64,000 bases of DNA. It comes from Cyanidioschyzon merolae (taxonomy: Eukaryota). A program made the translations under genes and the position numbers. Below the pieces are notes generated by a model that was not told the origin of the DNA, made no database searches, and worked only from the letters and a program-made list of their open reading frames with translations. Where the stretch lies: NCBI GenBank assembly GCA_000091205.1, contig AP006497.2; one strand, given 5' to 3'. Below, one piece after another: positions 1 through 9,945 of the stretch (within the stretch, counting starts at the first letter, position 1; each line of letters begins with the position of its first letter).

Positions 1-41
1 ACTGTTGCCGCTGTCCCAGACGCTTGCACTCGATTCCAGCG

Positions 42-1262
42 TCACCACGATGTTGCTGTGGACTCGGCATTGCACCGAGTCTCGATATCGCTGGTGTCAG
101 TGTCCTGTGCATCATCATCGGTATCGATCCAGGGAAAGCGCAAAAGCGCGGCAATGCCGCCGATATCCGCCAACTGCTGGCCAGTCGCGTGTGCGCTACT
201 GAAGAGATGCACCTGGCCTCGGGCCGACTCCACCTGATCGACCAGGGCAACGAAGCGCTTCCTTTCTGACACCTCTCGATGGCGGAACAAGGCGTCCGTG
301 ATTAGGAGGTGCTCGACTGCACCCATTTGTGCGGCTCTCTCTACCTGGTCCGGGCCATAAAGCGCACGATCTGAATCCTGATGTATCTGCTCGTAAAAGG
401 TCTGTAGCAAACGCTGGTTCACAGCAGCCTTGGTGTCATTGATCAGGGTCATGGTCTCGGGCGAGGCGAGCACTTCATGAACGGCCTGCATGCGACCACT
501 GCCTGCCGCCACAGCGATGAACTGTCGCTTGTGTTCCAGAATAGACCGCAGGTCCCGTCGAGCGGCCTCGGCAAACAGGTACTGCAGGAACTGCTCCCGC
601 ACGTAACCCGGTGAAGCGATGACGACGCAACGCACTTGTTCTAAGTTTACCTGCTGGAGCAGTGCTCGCATTACTGCCTCGAAAAAGCGTTCCAGCGCTT
701 TATCTCGCACGCCGAAAGCGGTTGCGGCGCGCTGCAACTTGCTGGGAACGTGCTGCTGGATCCGCGCTCGAAGCAGCGTTGCAGTGCCGCTTACGAGACA
801 GAGGTGCGCGAGTCCTTCCTCCATGACGCAGATCGCGATGTCCGCGGACTTGCTGGGATCACAGGCGGTTTCCAAGGTTCGTAGGTGGACGCGGTCGAAC
901 TGCGACTTGATGAGATCGAACCGAAGCCCGGTCGTTATCTCGAGCGTGTGGTGCTGCTCTCGCTTCACATACTCGTTTTCGGACACGTTCTTGCCCTGGA
1001 TCCGGAGGGAAGGTGCCTCCGTGTCATAGTCAATTCGTTGTACCCGGATCGTCAGCACGAGTCGTACGCGTTCCGTGTGCCGAGCACTGGCGCGTTGCTC
1101 AGTCGCCCCCGCGAGAGCGACTTTTCGCCAGGTGGTTGTTCGCACCAAGTCGCCTTTGTCGATGAGGTTATAGGCGTGCCAGAGGTCCTCGCTGTTTTCT
1201 GGTAAGAGCGCAACTTCAAAGCGCTGATCTTTCAGGCTCACACTGCGTCGGAGGAGCTTCAT
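42..1262 (-). CDS. PELO: Pelota/Dom34 ribosome-rescue factor (eRF1-like).
   Basis: The translation aligns along its whole length with Pelota: an N-terminal MKLLRR..LLPE..EDLWH.YNL, then ..ACDP..AD.A.V.MQEGLAH.CLV.., ..RALERF.., ..VAS.PGFV.EQF.., and an acidic C-terminal tail. The ORF-track start at 1274 is TTG. The first in-frame ATG (MKLL...) is at 1262-1260. Confidence 0.85.
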   Translation of the reverse strand: MKLLRRSVSLKDQRFEVALLPENSEDLWHAYNLIDKGDLVRTTTWRKVALAGATEQRASARHTERVRLVLTIRVQRIDYDTEAPSLRIQGKNVSENEYVKREQHHTLEITTGLRFDLIKSQFDRVHLRTLETACDPSKSADIAICVMEEGLAHLCLVSGTATLLRARIQQHVPSKLQRAATAFGVRDKALERFFEAVMRALLQQVNLEQVRCVVIASPGYVREQFLQYLFAEAARRDLRSILEHKRQFIAVAAGSGRMQAVHEVLASPETMTLINDTKAAVNQRLLQTFYEQIHQDSDRALYGPDQVERAAQMGAVEHLLITDALFRHREVSERKRFVALVDQVESARGQVHLFSSAHATGQQLADIGGIAALLRFPWIDTDDDAQDTDTSDIETRCNAESTATSW

Positions 1263-2593
1263 ACGACGCTGCAACGGGTGTCAACAACGCCAGCGTCAAC
1301 CGCTTGATGGATACCTCGGGCTGTGCTTAAGTTCGCTGTAAACGCGGAACGAGAATGCTTCGTCAAGCGGAAATATCTGCAGGACGTTCGAACCCGATTC
1401 TATAGATCGGGTGGGTGACGCTCTTGATAAAGAGACACCAAGAGCCGGCTTCGTATGTGTAGGTAGACTGGTTACCTGGTTGCATGGAAGCACGGATTTG
1501 GTAAACACGCTTACTCGTAGCAGCGATGGCTCGGTTTTGTGTGGTATGTTCAGCTGCGCGCCTCATATGGAACACTTGTGAACAACAACTGGGGCAATAG
1601 AAACGCTGCGGAGACGCAAACCTTAGAGCGGACACGGTTGGTGGACTTCCCGCACAGCTGCACGCACGACTTGACGTTTGTGTCGAGCTTGCTATCCGCG
1701 AACGAGCTTGTTTACACGGTCAAAGGACTCATCGGGGTCGACAAACGTCCGACTACCCGGTTACTCTATCGAGTTTGCGAATATGCGTTCCAGAGCGCTA
1801 CGTTATGCTGCGAAAAGCCGCGTGTCACAGCACGAAGCGCTGCTCAGGGCACAGGTAGCTCGCTGCCGCGAGCGTATCGGTTCACGACTCGCTGGAAATC
1901 CCGTTCTAATGCAAGTGGTTAGCTTCTTGGCGAGTCGCGGAGCTGCAGCGGTAACGCTGTTTGCTCCGTACGCAGACTCCGTGGCGTCCGCGCAGGCTCT
2001 CCGACCCGAACGCTGAAACCAGTACCCGTCAGGAAGCCTGCTGCATAGATGGATATGAATCGGCATGGTTACCTCGAGGGCAAGGCTACATGCTGATTGA
2101 TACAATACGTTTGCTCGACGGACTCGAGCTTGCCATTGAATTCGTTATGACACTAGGCTCGTAACAGCTGCAACGAAATCACGAGTTTGCCCCAAGGTGC
2201 AGCAGCAGCAGCAGCGCTCACCCGGGTGCAGACGCGGGCTTGTTTCCGCGCGGCACCCGCGGTACGCTCGACGTCCATATGTTCCCTGAATCGATCAAGC
2301 CTAGCTTTCAGAGGACAAGGAATGGACAGGAGCAGGTAGACCGTGAAAGCATCCACAGAAGAATCGAAATCGCTTCGCTGGAAATCGGTTCTATTTGCAT
2401 GCATGCGAGTGTTTGTTTCGATGATTCATCGAGCGTAGATTGTAAGAAACAGCGAGCGAGTCGCATTTCGCGCGAGCAACTGTCCTGAGCTGGCGATACG
2501 CACGATCCTTGCCTTCATCAGTCAACATGGAAGCGGACTTTTAGGATGATCGCACAAGCACGGTATCGGTGGCGAGCGAATGATCGTGATGCC

Positions 2594-4306
2594 TCACGAA
2601 TCGCATAATCCGCACGCTTCAAGGAACTGTTCAGGGTGCTCCAGAAACGGTACATGGCCACATGCCGGAATCACCCGGAAACTGACCTGATGCTCCCGAG
2701 GCGCTGCCTTGTCCATCACTTGATATGCTCGCTCAAGTTCATGCACGCTGATCAGCGAGTCCGTGGCTCCAGCAACGATGCGGATTCGGCCATTCACACA
2801 ACATGGGAGTTGCTCGAGAATAGACCCGCCAGTAGTCTCACCATCTGAGGCCAGCGGGTGCACGCAACGCGCTGTGCGTTTCTTATGCGATACGGTTACG
2901 AGCGCTGCGAACGCCAGATCAGCACTTTGTCCGCCACGACGTGTTGCCAAAGCGTACGTGTAGCGGCGGAGGTACCGCGAGCGAAATCCCAAATCGCGTC
3001 CGGGCCATCGCAGCCGGAATGCTAGATAGCCAAGCACTCCGGCGTTTCGCATGATCATTTGCGGCGTGAGCTGGAAGTACACCGCTCGTTTGTAGCTTTG
3101 CTTGGACCAGATGCCTGCGGGCGTCACGAGCACGAGGTTCTGGACCAGCCCATTCGATGCTTCGACGGTGTAGCGGCTGGCAACGTAGGCGCCGAGCGAA
3201 TGGGCAACAATGTCGATACGTTTCCCGTTTTTGCGACACCAGCTTTCGATGCCGGAACTGTACAGAAATTCAGAGATGCCACGAATCATAAAATGGACAG
3301 CTACTTGGGCCCTCGCTGCGGTGTCCCTCGGGGCACGTCCTGTCGTGTATGGCGGTCGAGACGAGCGCCCCCATCCGAGCATATCGATGGCGTAAACGAC
3401 ATAGCGCCCGGTAGCGGCGAAATCCGCGAGAACGTGTCGGAAGTAAGCAGAAGACATGGAGTGTCCATGAATGAGCAGCAGAGGCCTCAATTGAGGATTT
3501 GTCCCCGAAAACATGTCCTGCTCGTTGCCGGCCACCAGCACGTGCACAAAGGGCAAGGCCGCAGCTGGCGACCGGTTACCGCTTTCGGGGACTTGGGAGG
3601 ATGTGTCGCTTGAAACGCTCGACATGGGTGTCCGCTCGAATGACTCACTATCGGCTACATCCGTTAAAGGAGACAAGTAATCATCTACGCTGAGTGGCGC
3701 CTTCAGTCTCGAAACGCTCATCTCAGAAGACCATTCAGGGAGCGCTTCAGAGCTGACAGAGCTCAGCGAAGGACAACGCCGAAGTATGGGATCTATCGCT
3801 TGAAGTGCTCCACTTTCCGCCTGTTCGACGGGAATATCATCGAAATTGAGTTTTCGCTCGAGCCGTTCCGTACTGGTGCTCGCAACAGCTGCGCACCGGG
3901 TCGCTGCCGTCGGGCCGGACTGCTCCCAGCGCGCGAGCGTGACGCGCCGTGCAGTGACCACCTCGGTATTGGCCTGTTGGGGGCTCGTTCCTCGTCGCCA
4001 TGAATTTCGGAGGGAGCGAATGCGCTCGTATGACAGCTCATCGCTCCCAGCAGGCGGTGCATGGGAGCTTGAGCACGCGCCCTGGTATTCACGACGCAAG
4101 CAGAGCCCCACTTCTGCGAGCACTTTTTCCTCCAGAGCGTCAAGATCCCGCTCAACCACCGGTGGTCGCGTACCCAGTAGGCGAGATAAACACTTTTGCG
4201 CCTCCAGGCTTATGAAAAAAAAGGTTATAACTCGTAACATGGCAGTGCACGTGGAAGCAGCACCAACTCGCGCACTGCACATGCATGGAGCCGCAGCTGC
4301 CGCCAT
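2594..4306 (-). CDS. Alpha/beta-hydrolase fold protein of the ABHD4/5 (CGI-58) type, with a roughly 250 aa low-complexity N-terminal extension.
   Basis: The fold markers are IHGH...Y.IDMLGWGRSSRP, a nucleophile-elbow HSLGAY, and a C-terminal ACGHVPFLEHPEQF, which is the ABHD4/5 architecture. The ORF begins with a real ATG at 4306. Confidence 0.65.
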   Translation of the reverse strand: MAAAAAPCMCSARVGAASTCTAMLRVITFFFISLEAQKCLSRLLGTRPPVVERDLDALEEKVLAEVGLCLRREYQGACSSSHAPPAGSDELSYERIRSLRNSWRRGTSPQQANTEVVTARRVTLARWEQSGPTAATRCAAVASTSTERLERKLNFDDIPVEQAESGALQAIDPILRRCPSLSSVSSEALPEWSSEMSVSRLKAPLSVDDYLSPLTDVADSESFERTPMSSVSSDTSSQVPESGNRSPAAALPFVHVLVAGNEQDMFSGTNPQLRPLLLIHGHSMSSAYFRHVLADFAATGRYVVYAIDMLGWGRSSRPPYTTGRAPRDTAARAQVAVHFMIRGISEFLYSSGIESWCRKNGKRIDIVAHSLGAYVASRYTVEASNGLVQNLVLVTPAGIWSKQSYKRAVYFQLTPQMIMRNAGVLGYLAFRLRWPGRDLGFRSRYLRRYTYALATRRGGQSADLAFAALVTVSHKKRTARCVHPLASDGETTGGSILEQLPCCVNGRIRIVAGATDSLISVHELERAYQVMDKAAPREHQVSFRVIPACGHVPFLEHPEQFLEACGLCDS

Positions 4307-4789
4307 GTCGCTACCCGCCCGGATCCGGTACCGATGCGGTGCGATGCGTTGCCGCGCGCGCGCGGGCGCTGCGGCGCGCCATCCGTTTGCGCTTACGATT
4401 ATAGAGTTTCACCTGAACTGTGTTCCACGTTCAGATCCGTGTCAACGAATGCCTGTTCGCGGTTTATTGCAGGTGCTTTCTACGTGCGTTGATTTTCAAA
4501 AATGCAATATTCAAAGGAAAAGTATGGACATGCAAGTCGGGATCATGGAGGTGAGATGTTGCCTGATTCGACAAAAAGAAACACGATAAGATTCCTCTTA
4601 TTGCCGAGTATCGGACGAAGAAACGCGAGTGACGAAGGCGAAGTGGAAGAAGCGTGTTGATAGGCGAGGAGAGCTGTTTGCCCGACGAGGCTGTGACGTG
4701 ACCTTGGTGGCACAGAGGGCACGAGTCCTTATGCACCCTTGCGTTGATGACTTGTACCAGAGACAATACACGCTGGGAGTTCATGAATC

Positions 4790-4930
4790 GAGACTTCAAC
4801 GCTGCGCCATTAAAAACAGACGATGTGCGGTGCTGAAGAGGCGACCCGCGTACCCGACGCGAGCCAACTTTGTGGGCCAGCCTCTCACACTCGATGTGTG
4901 CAACGATAAACTGAACTCACTAGTCCTGAA
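4790..4930 (+). mobile_element. Short, degraded relic of the TnpB/Fanzor-like element (copy C), covering the region just after RuvC-III.
   Basis: ORF 4629..5051 reads ...QRCAIKNRRCAVLKRRPAYPTRANFVGQPLTLDV.... This matches NAAVNVRRCAVLEKRPPEWTRENFVGQSLKVEL of copy A and KETRPPKLTRPHFLGQPLQVE of copy B. Confidence 0.3.
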
Positions 4931-5591
4931 GCTTTACGTATATCGGCGTTATACAGCAGTTCGCTACATGTCGGAAGCGTCGGATGCCACGTGGTTCCTA
5001 AATTCGCATGAAAGTTCACTACAGCAACGCCGTACCACACACCATGAGTGATGCTCGTCGTCTTTGCAAAGACGCTTCCGTGCATTGTCGCTGGTATAGG
5101 GGCAGTCAGCTTGTCAAATAGCGTCGTGCGGGTACCCTGAATCAACTGGAAACCAAGCATCCAATCGATTCAAGGTGTTTCTCAGTCACAGTTGGGCGTC
5201 AAGTTGTCCTGATCATGCAGCGACAGAGGCGGCAGCCGCTCAGCACCCCCTGAGTCGGAGTTCCACGTCTGCAATCCGCCATTGTGCTCGGCTGAAGAAG
5301 CGTATCGACAAACGTGCAACAGGCATGAGCCACAGATCGGCCGCTGAGCTACATGTATCCGGACGCTCGTTTCCGCCTGCAGAGCCATCACGTATGCGCA
5401 TGAGAAAGTTCGCACCCGATGCATACATCTCGAAGCAAACCGCATGCTGCCGGCTGTGGATAAAGTGCTCTATTCAACGGACAAGTCGAACGCGAACGCC
5501 CTCCAAGTGGCGGCACCACTGAATCGGACAATGTTTACAACCTGCCATGCCTTGCGGTATGCTGCTAACGCTCATTCCAGGCGCTCGAGGT

Positions 5592-6668
5592 CTAGTTCAA
5601 GGGTTTCGTCGCAAGCCACACCCGATGCCGCGGCGTATTGTTTTCGGTCTGCACGTCAGTGAATCCACTGATTGTCAGTAAACTGACCATATCGACGCGT
5701 TCATACTCAGAAAAATACGGTTCAGTGCTGCGGAATATGGCTGCTCCGACCGGGGGTATCGAACGGAACGCTTCGCTGTGCGGATCAGAATCCATCATCG
5801 CCAACATGCCTCCGGGGCGAAGCACTCGATACGCCTCTACCACGAGACGCTCGGTCGCTGCCATGGGCAGCTCATGTGTCACCAGGGAACATAACACGAG
5901 GTCCACCGAATCCGCTTTCTGAGGGAGGTTCTCGACCGCGGCGTGCTTAAAACGCACCTGAATCGATGACGGGTAGCTGCGCTCCTCTGCACGTAACTCG
6001 GCAACCGCAAGCATGAACGTCGATAAATCGATTCCTGTTATGTCGAGCGGGCGTTCCGGATACCGTGCTAGCCATGCATCGATGAAGCGCATCGTGCTGA
6101 GTCCAGTCGACGCACCCAGGTCGAGTGCTACCAGTGGACGTCCCATGGGCACGAGCAGCTGTTCCAGACGAGGCCAGACTCGGTCCAGGAAGGTGTCGCG
6201 TAGCAGGCGGTCACCTTGCGTGGGCGGTGCTTCCGGGAAAAGGCGTGCATGGACCGCCAGAGCCGACGACTCGACTTCCATGGCAGGAATCCAGCCAAGG
6301 TTCCCTTCCGGATACGTATGGAACGGTGCACGTACGTAGTAGTCTGGATATACGAGGTCGCGTTCGACAAGTCGCGCTCGTTTCTGTTCGAGGGTGTCCC
6401 ACTTGAGCCGCAGCTCACGAACGTTCTCTCGCCAGGGCACGCCGATCTCCTCCGCTCTCTTGACGACACCTGCACGGCCAATTCGCTTCAGTAACCAAGC
6501 AGTGGGCGGGAAAGCTAAAATCCCTTGTACTATCAGAGCCGGCAGTTTGCCCTCGGGGTTTCGCGTCACTGGAGTCGTCGCCGAAGCGTGAATCCATCGA
6601 CAAGCTCGGTATCGAGTGCACTTCTGAGACGGCAGTCTCACGCATGGAACAAAGTTTAACTGCGTCAT
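5592..6668 (-). CDS. Class I SAM-dependent methyltransferase (Methyltransf_11-like). The 5' end is uncertain.
   Basis: Methyltransferase motifs are present: motif I VALDLGASTG, post-I ITGIDLS, motif II ADSVDLVLCS, motif III LRPGGMLAMMD. An upstream conserved block DLVYPDYYVRAPFHTYPEGNLGW is also present. The first plausible in-frame ATG is MTQLNF at about 6668. The 637 aa ORF continues upstream through a transposon relic. Confidence 0.6.
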   Translation of the reverse strand: MTQLNFVPCVRLPSQKCTRYRACRWIHASATTPVTRNPEGKLPALIVQGILAFPPTAWLLKRIGRAGVVKRAEEIGVPWRENVRELRLKWDTLEQKRARLVERDLVYPDYYVRAPFHTYPEGNLGWIPAMEVESSALAVHARLFPEAPPTQGDRLLRDTFLDRVWPRLEQLLVPMGRPLVALDLGASTGLSTMRFIDAWLARYPERPLDITGIDLSTFMLAVAELRAEERSYPSSIQVRFKHAAVENLPQKADSVDLVLCSLVTHELPMAATERLVVEAYRVLRPGGMLAMMDSDPHSEAFRSIPPVGAAIFRSTEPYFSEYERVDMVSLLTISGFTDVQTENNTPRHRVWLATKPLN

Positions 6669-6689
6669 GAGGCTCGCTATCAAACGCCG

Positions 6690-7400
6690 TTCTAAAGTCG
6701 AACGACGTCGGACGTGTATCGTAGTGGCGGTGAACGTGCCTTCGACCAGAGGTCTTCGACTGTCGTGCAGACGCCTTCCGGTCTTTTCGGACCGGCCACC
6801 TACTCCTGATTCCAACTTTTTCTCATATAATTCCACTTTGAGCGATTGTCCAACAAAGTTCTCTCTTGTCCACTCTGGAGGTCTTTTCTCCAGCACCGCA
6901 CATCTCCTGACATTGACAGCAGCGTTGAAGTCTCGGTTGACGAATTCCATACGTTTCTTGCCGCCGTTGGTTGTGCTCACCAGCGCATGTAGTGCTCGAA
7001 CTTTCGTCCTGCTTCCCATTTGCTCTTCTGTCAAGACTCCGCACTTTTTTATATCGTCAGGACTGATCTGGCAATTTTCCATCTCGAGCGTCTGAAGTGT
7101 ACACCCCAGCTCGTGGTCTATGCAGGACGTCCGGAACTCGTCTATCGGGAATGTGACAAAACGCCTTGCGCACTCCTTGTACGCGCGTGTCGGTGAGGCT
7201 GGAGTGCACCCTGTTTTCGACGCCCAGCGCCCTGCTCCGTATGCTGGTACGAGCCTTTGACGCTTGTCCTCCTTGAGGGTGCTCAGCGCATGAAAAAAGT
7301 TCCCAAATGCACGCCATTCCGCACAGTACAAGTTCATACGCGGACGATGGCATGGACCTTGGCTTTTGCACGCTCTCTCCGCCACTGCTTCCATTGCCGC
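6690..7400 (-). mobile_element. Degraded TnpB/Fanzor-like (OMEGA-type) nuclease fragment covering RuvC-II, the zinc finger and RuvC-III (copy A).
   Basis: The translation reads ...RLVPAYGAGRWASKTG..P...AYKECARRFVTFPIDEFRTSCIDHELGC...C...C...KKRMEFVNRDFNAAVNVRR. This resembles TnpB blocks: (i/v)xxGxxxx...TSQxCsxCG and the RuvC-III signature DxNAAxNI. The DNA and its antisense ORF (6667..7095) align with copy B at 23420-24000. Confidence 0.5.
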
Positions 7401-9945
7401 TCTCTTAGCCCCGAGTGAACATGTGCCGGTCTCTCTTGTCCTTGCAGTTCCCGAGTCAGCAGTCGAGGGATGTCGATGGCAGCGTTCAAGTTCCGATTTC
7501 GCCACTTCCCGCCCTTGGTAACGCGTCCCGCGCGTAGGGCCAAGTTGCGGTCCGCACGTCGTTCCCCACGTTCATCTTCTGTGCACATACAGCTTCGGTG
7601 TGTCTTTCGCTGCGCTGACACCGGACTATGATCAGACGTTCGCATATTCGTCTGCCGCATCTCTCACGCGACCGAGCGCCGCCCTGTGGCATGCGAAGGC
7701 TTGCTTCAGCGCTCGATGCATGTCCGGGACTGGCGTAGAAGGCGCTCGTCGAATCCATTCTTTGTCTGCATACCGGATGCCGTGACGAACGATGACGGGC
7801 TGCTTCCGGGCGATTCCCTTTGCGAGTGCGCTGTATGGTGCAAAAGCAAGCATACGCTGTCCCGTTTGAGAAGGGATTCGTGGAATGCGATATTGGCCGT
7901 GGTGAAGCAGGCACCGGAACGATAACACTCATAGGAGAACCAGTCAAGTGATTTCGATCCGTCCACGCTGTTCTACAGCGAAGCGGCGATCCAGTCTGCA
8001 CCAGAGGCGATCGCTGCGACGACTATAGTCAGGGACTTCATTCCATGCAACCAGAAGAGGCGAGTGCATCTGGGCGCGAATCCCCGTGTAACGTACGATG
8101 CAGCTGTCGAATTCCCTGTCTCGCGGATGACCACAGGGACACAAGGATTTGTCTTTCGAAAGGATTCGATCATTTGATACGAGAAGCACGATGAGGCTTG
8201 GGCGTGAGCGTGTGAACACGTCGTCAAGGAGCGACGTCGGGCTCCGTGCCGCGCCAGTCCAGTGGCGAGCATTGCTGTGCCCACGGGTTGCCTTGAAACA
8301 GAAAGATCGAAAACATGAAGCATGCATGATTTGCGCATGCTGTACACAAGGAATGCGATAGCGGTAGAGGCTTGTGCCTACAAATTGGTTCATAAAATCG
8401 GCTATTTTACAAACCTTTGTTTGGCGGCGTCGAGAAGCATCTCGATCCCGGCGACGTATCGAGTTACAGGGGCAACGCGTCGAAAGTGGCACGCAGTAAC
8501 GCCGACCGGGAATCCGGAAACCGCGCATGAATTCCCAAGCCCTGATTGTTGCACTTTGAGTGTCTAGACCATATATCTAGGAAAATGCCGGGGAATAAAA
8601 TCGAAAGGCAGGGCCAGCGTGTGCAGTGCAGTATCCCATTCCAATCTAACGCTCGGCTAGCATAAACCGCTGTTCACGAAACGGCATCCATGCAATAAGA
8701 GGAGTCAGCGTACGCTCCGCAAGTCGAAATTGGACTGGGTATTCGGCAGCCTCGCAGGCGCGTTCATCGCTCTGGGCGACGAGTTCCAGAACTGGAGAAG
8801 TCTCTCTGCTCCTTCGGTGCCTCCGCGTGCAACCGAGACTTGGCCAAACAAGTGACAGGTAGCAGGCGCCCGTCACGCAATCCCCAGCATCTTCGACCGT
8901 ATCATCCGTACCGGGAATTCGGATGCTCAACACGGCCAGGCGACGATGCGCGTCCGTTTCGGAGCAGGCGAAGCGGTGCGCTCCAACGCCGGCACCCGTG
9001 GCGCCTCGCATCTCTTCGGCGAAGCGACTCGAACGCGTCAACCCCAAGATATTTCTCTAAGACTTGGCAAAGCTATTGAATTGCCGTGACGCACACAACG
9101 AAGCGCTACCCCGATTGCACCCTGCTTTTATGGTACACGGTCGATGCACCGAGCCAGATTGCCATCGGTAACCGGAAATGAAATCGATGCGCTCATCCAG
9201 ACGTTTTTGCGTATCTGAACCCTGGACCCGTATTCCCCGTAACACTGCACGCTTGATCGATCCCGCAACGCTCAGAGTGCAACGCCCATGGTACACGTCA
9301 AGCAGAGACAACACGATTTTCATCGATCCTTGGAGGCATTCGTTCAAGGCAGTTGCGTCATTTTGCATGCCGAGCGCTCGCTTGGCCGAGATCCGCGCAC
9401 CTCTGTGCGCGGCGTCCATGCGCCGGTACCCGTGTCCGTGCGCGGCTGAATGGCGCAGCGATCGCCGTCGCGCCGCCGCCACGCATCGCTGTCCGGTGTC
9501 GCATCCGTGATCGCGGCATCGCATCGGATGCGTGCAGCGCATGCACCCCGCGCGCCCAGCACGGATCGCGCAACCAAAGCATCGACGTCACGCGCCCTGA
9601 GCGCAGCGCCCGCGGACGCTTGAGGGCGTCGCGTGCATTCACGACGCTCGCGGGATCGGAATCTACTTCCGTGCATTTCGCAGCTTTGAGTAAACTTCAA
9701 GACACAGAAGCGCAGCTTATTTCGATCTCAAGTTTCATCTAGCGTTCGCTTACGTGTCGCAAAAGTGGAGAAAGCAATATGCTGGTTCTGCCTGCGCTCT
9801 GCAGCGTACCAGGCACCGCGTCACTCTGATCCGCAGTTGTTGACCTGCGCGCCCTCATCGACACACAGACGTGGTATCCAGGACGAAGCGCGTCCGCTGG
9901 TCTCGTTGTGATCCGGCAAATGCGCCCACGCCCGTGGCGCAAACA

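Noticed and set aside
3059-3613. Long ORFs antisense to, or out of frame with, assigned genes. Examples are 3059..3613 +, 35609..36085 +, 42708..43379 -, 43322..43970 -, 49203..49890 +, 28632..29453 +, and 38479..38632 (the 5' extension of UTP10 into the repeat).
   Set aside because: They overlap well-supported conserved CDSs on the other strand or frame. They are low-complexity (R/A/P-rich). Many begin with non-ATG codons in the ORF track.
8646-9742. Multiple overlapping 90-160 aa Arg/Ala-rich ORFs on both strands.
   Set aside because: All-frame openness is typical of very GC-rich non-coding DNA. There are no recognisable domains, and the ORFs are mutually exclusive.
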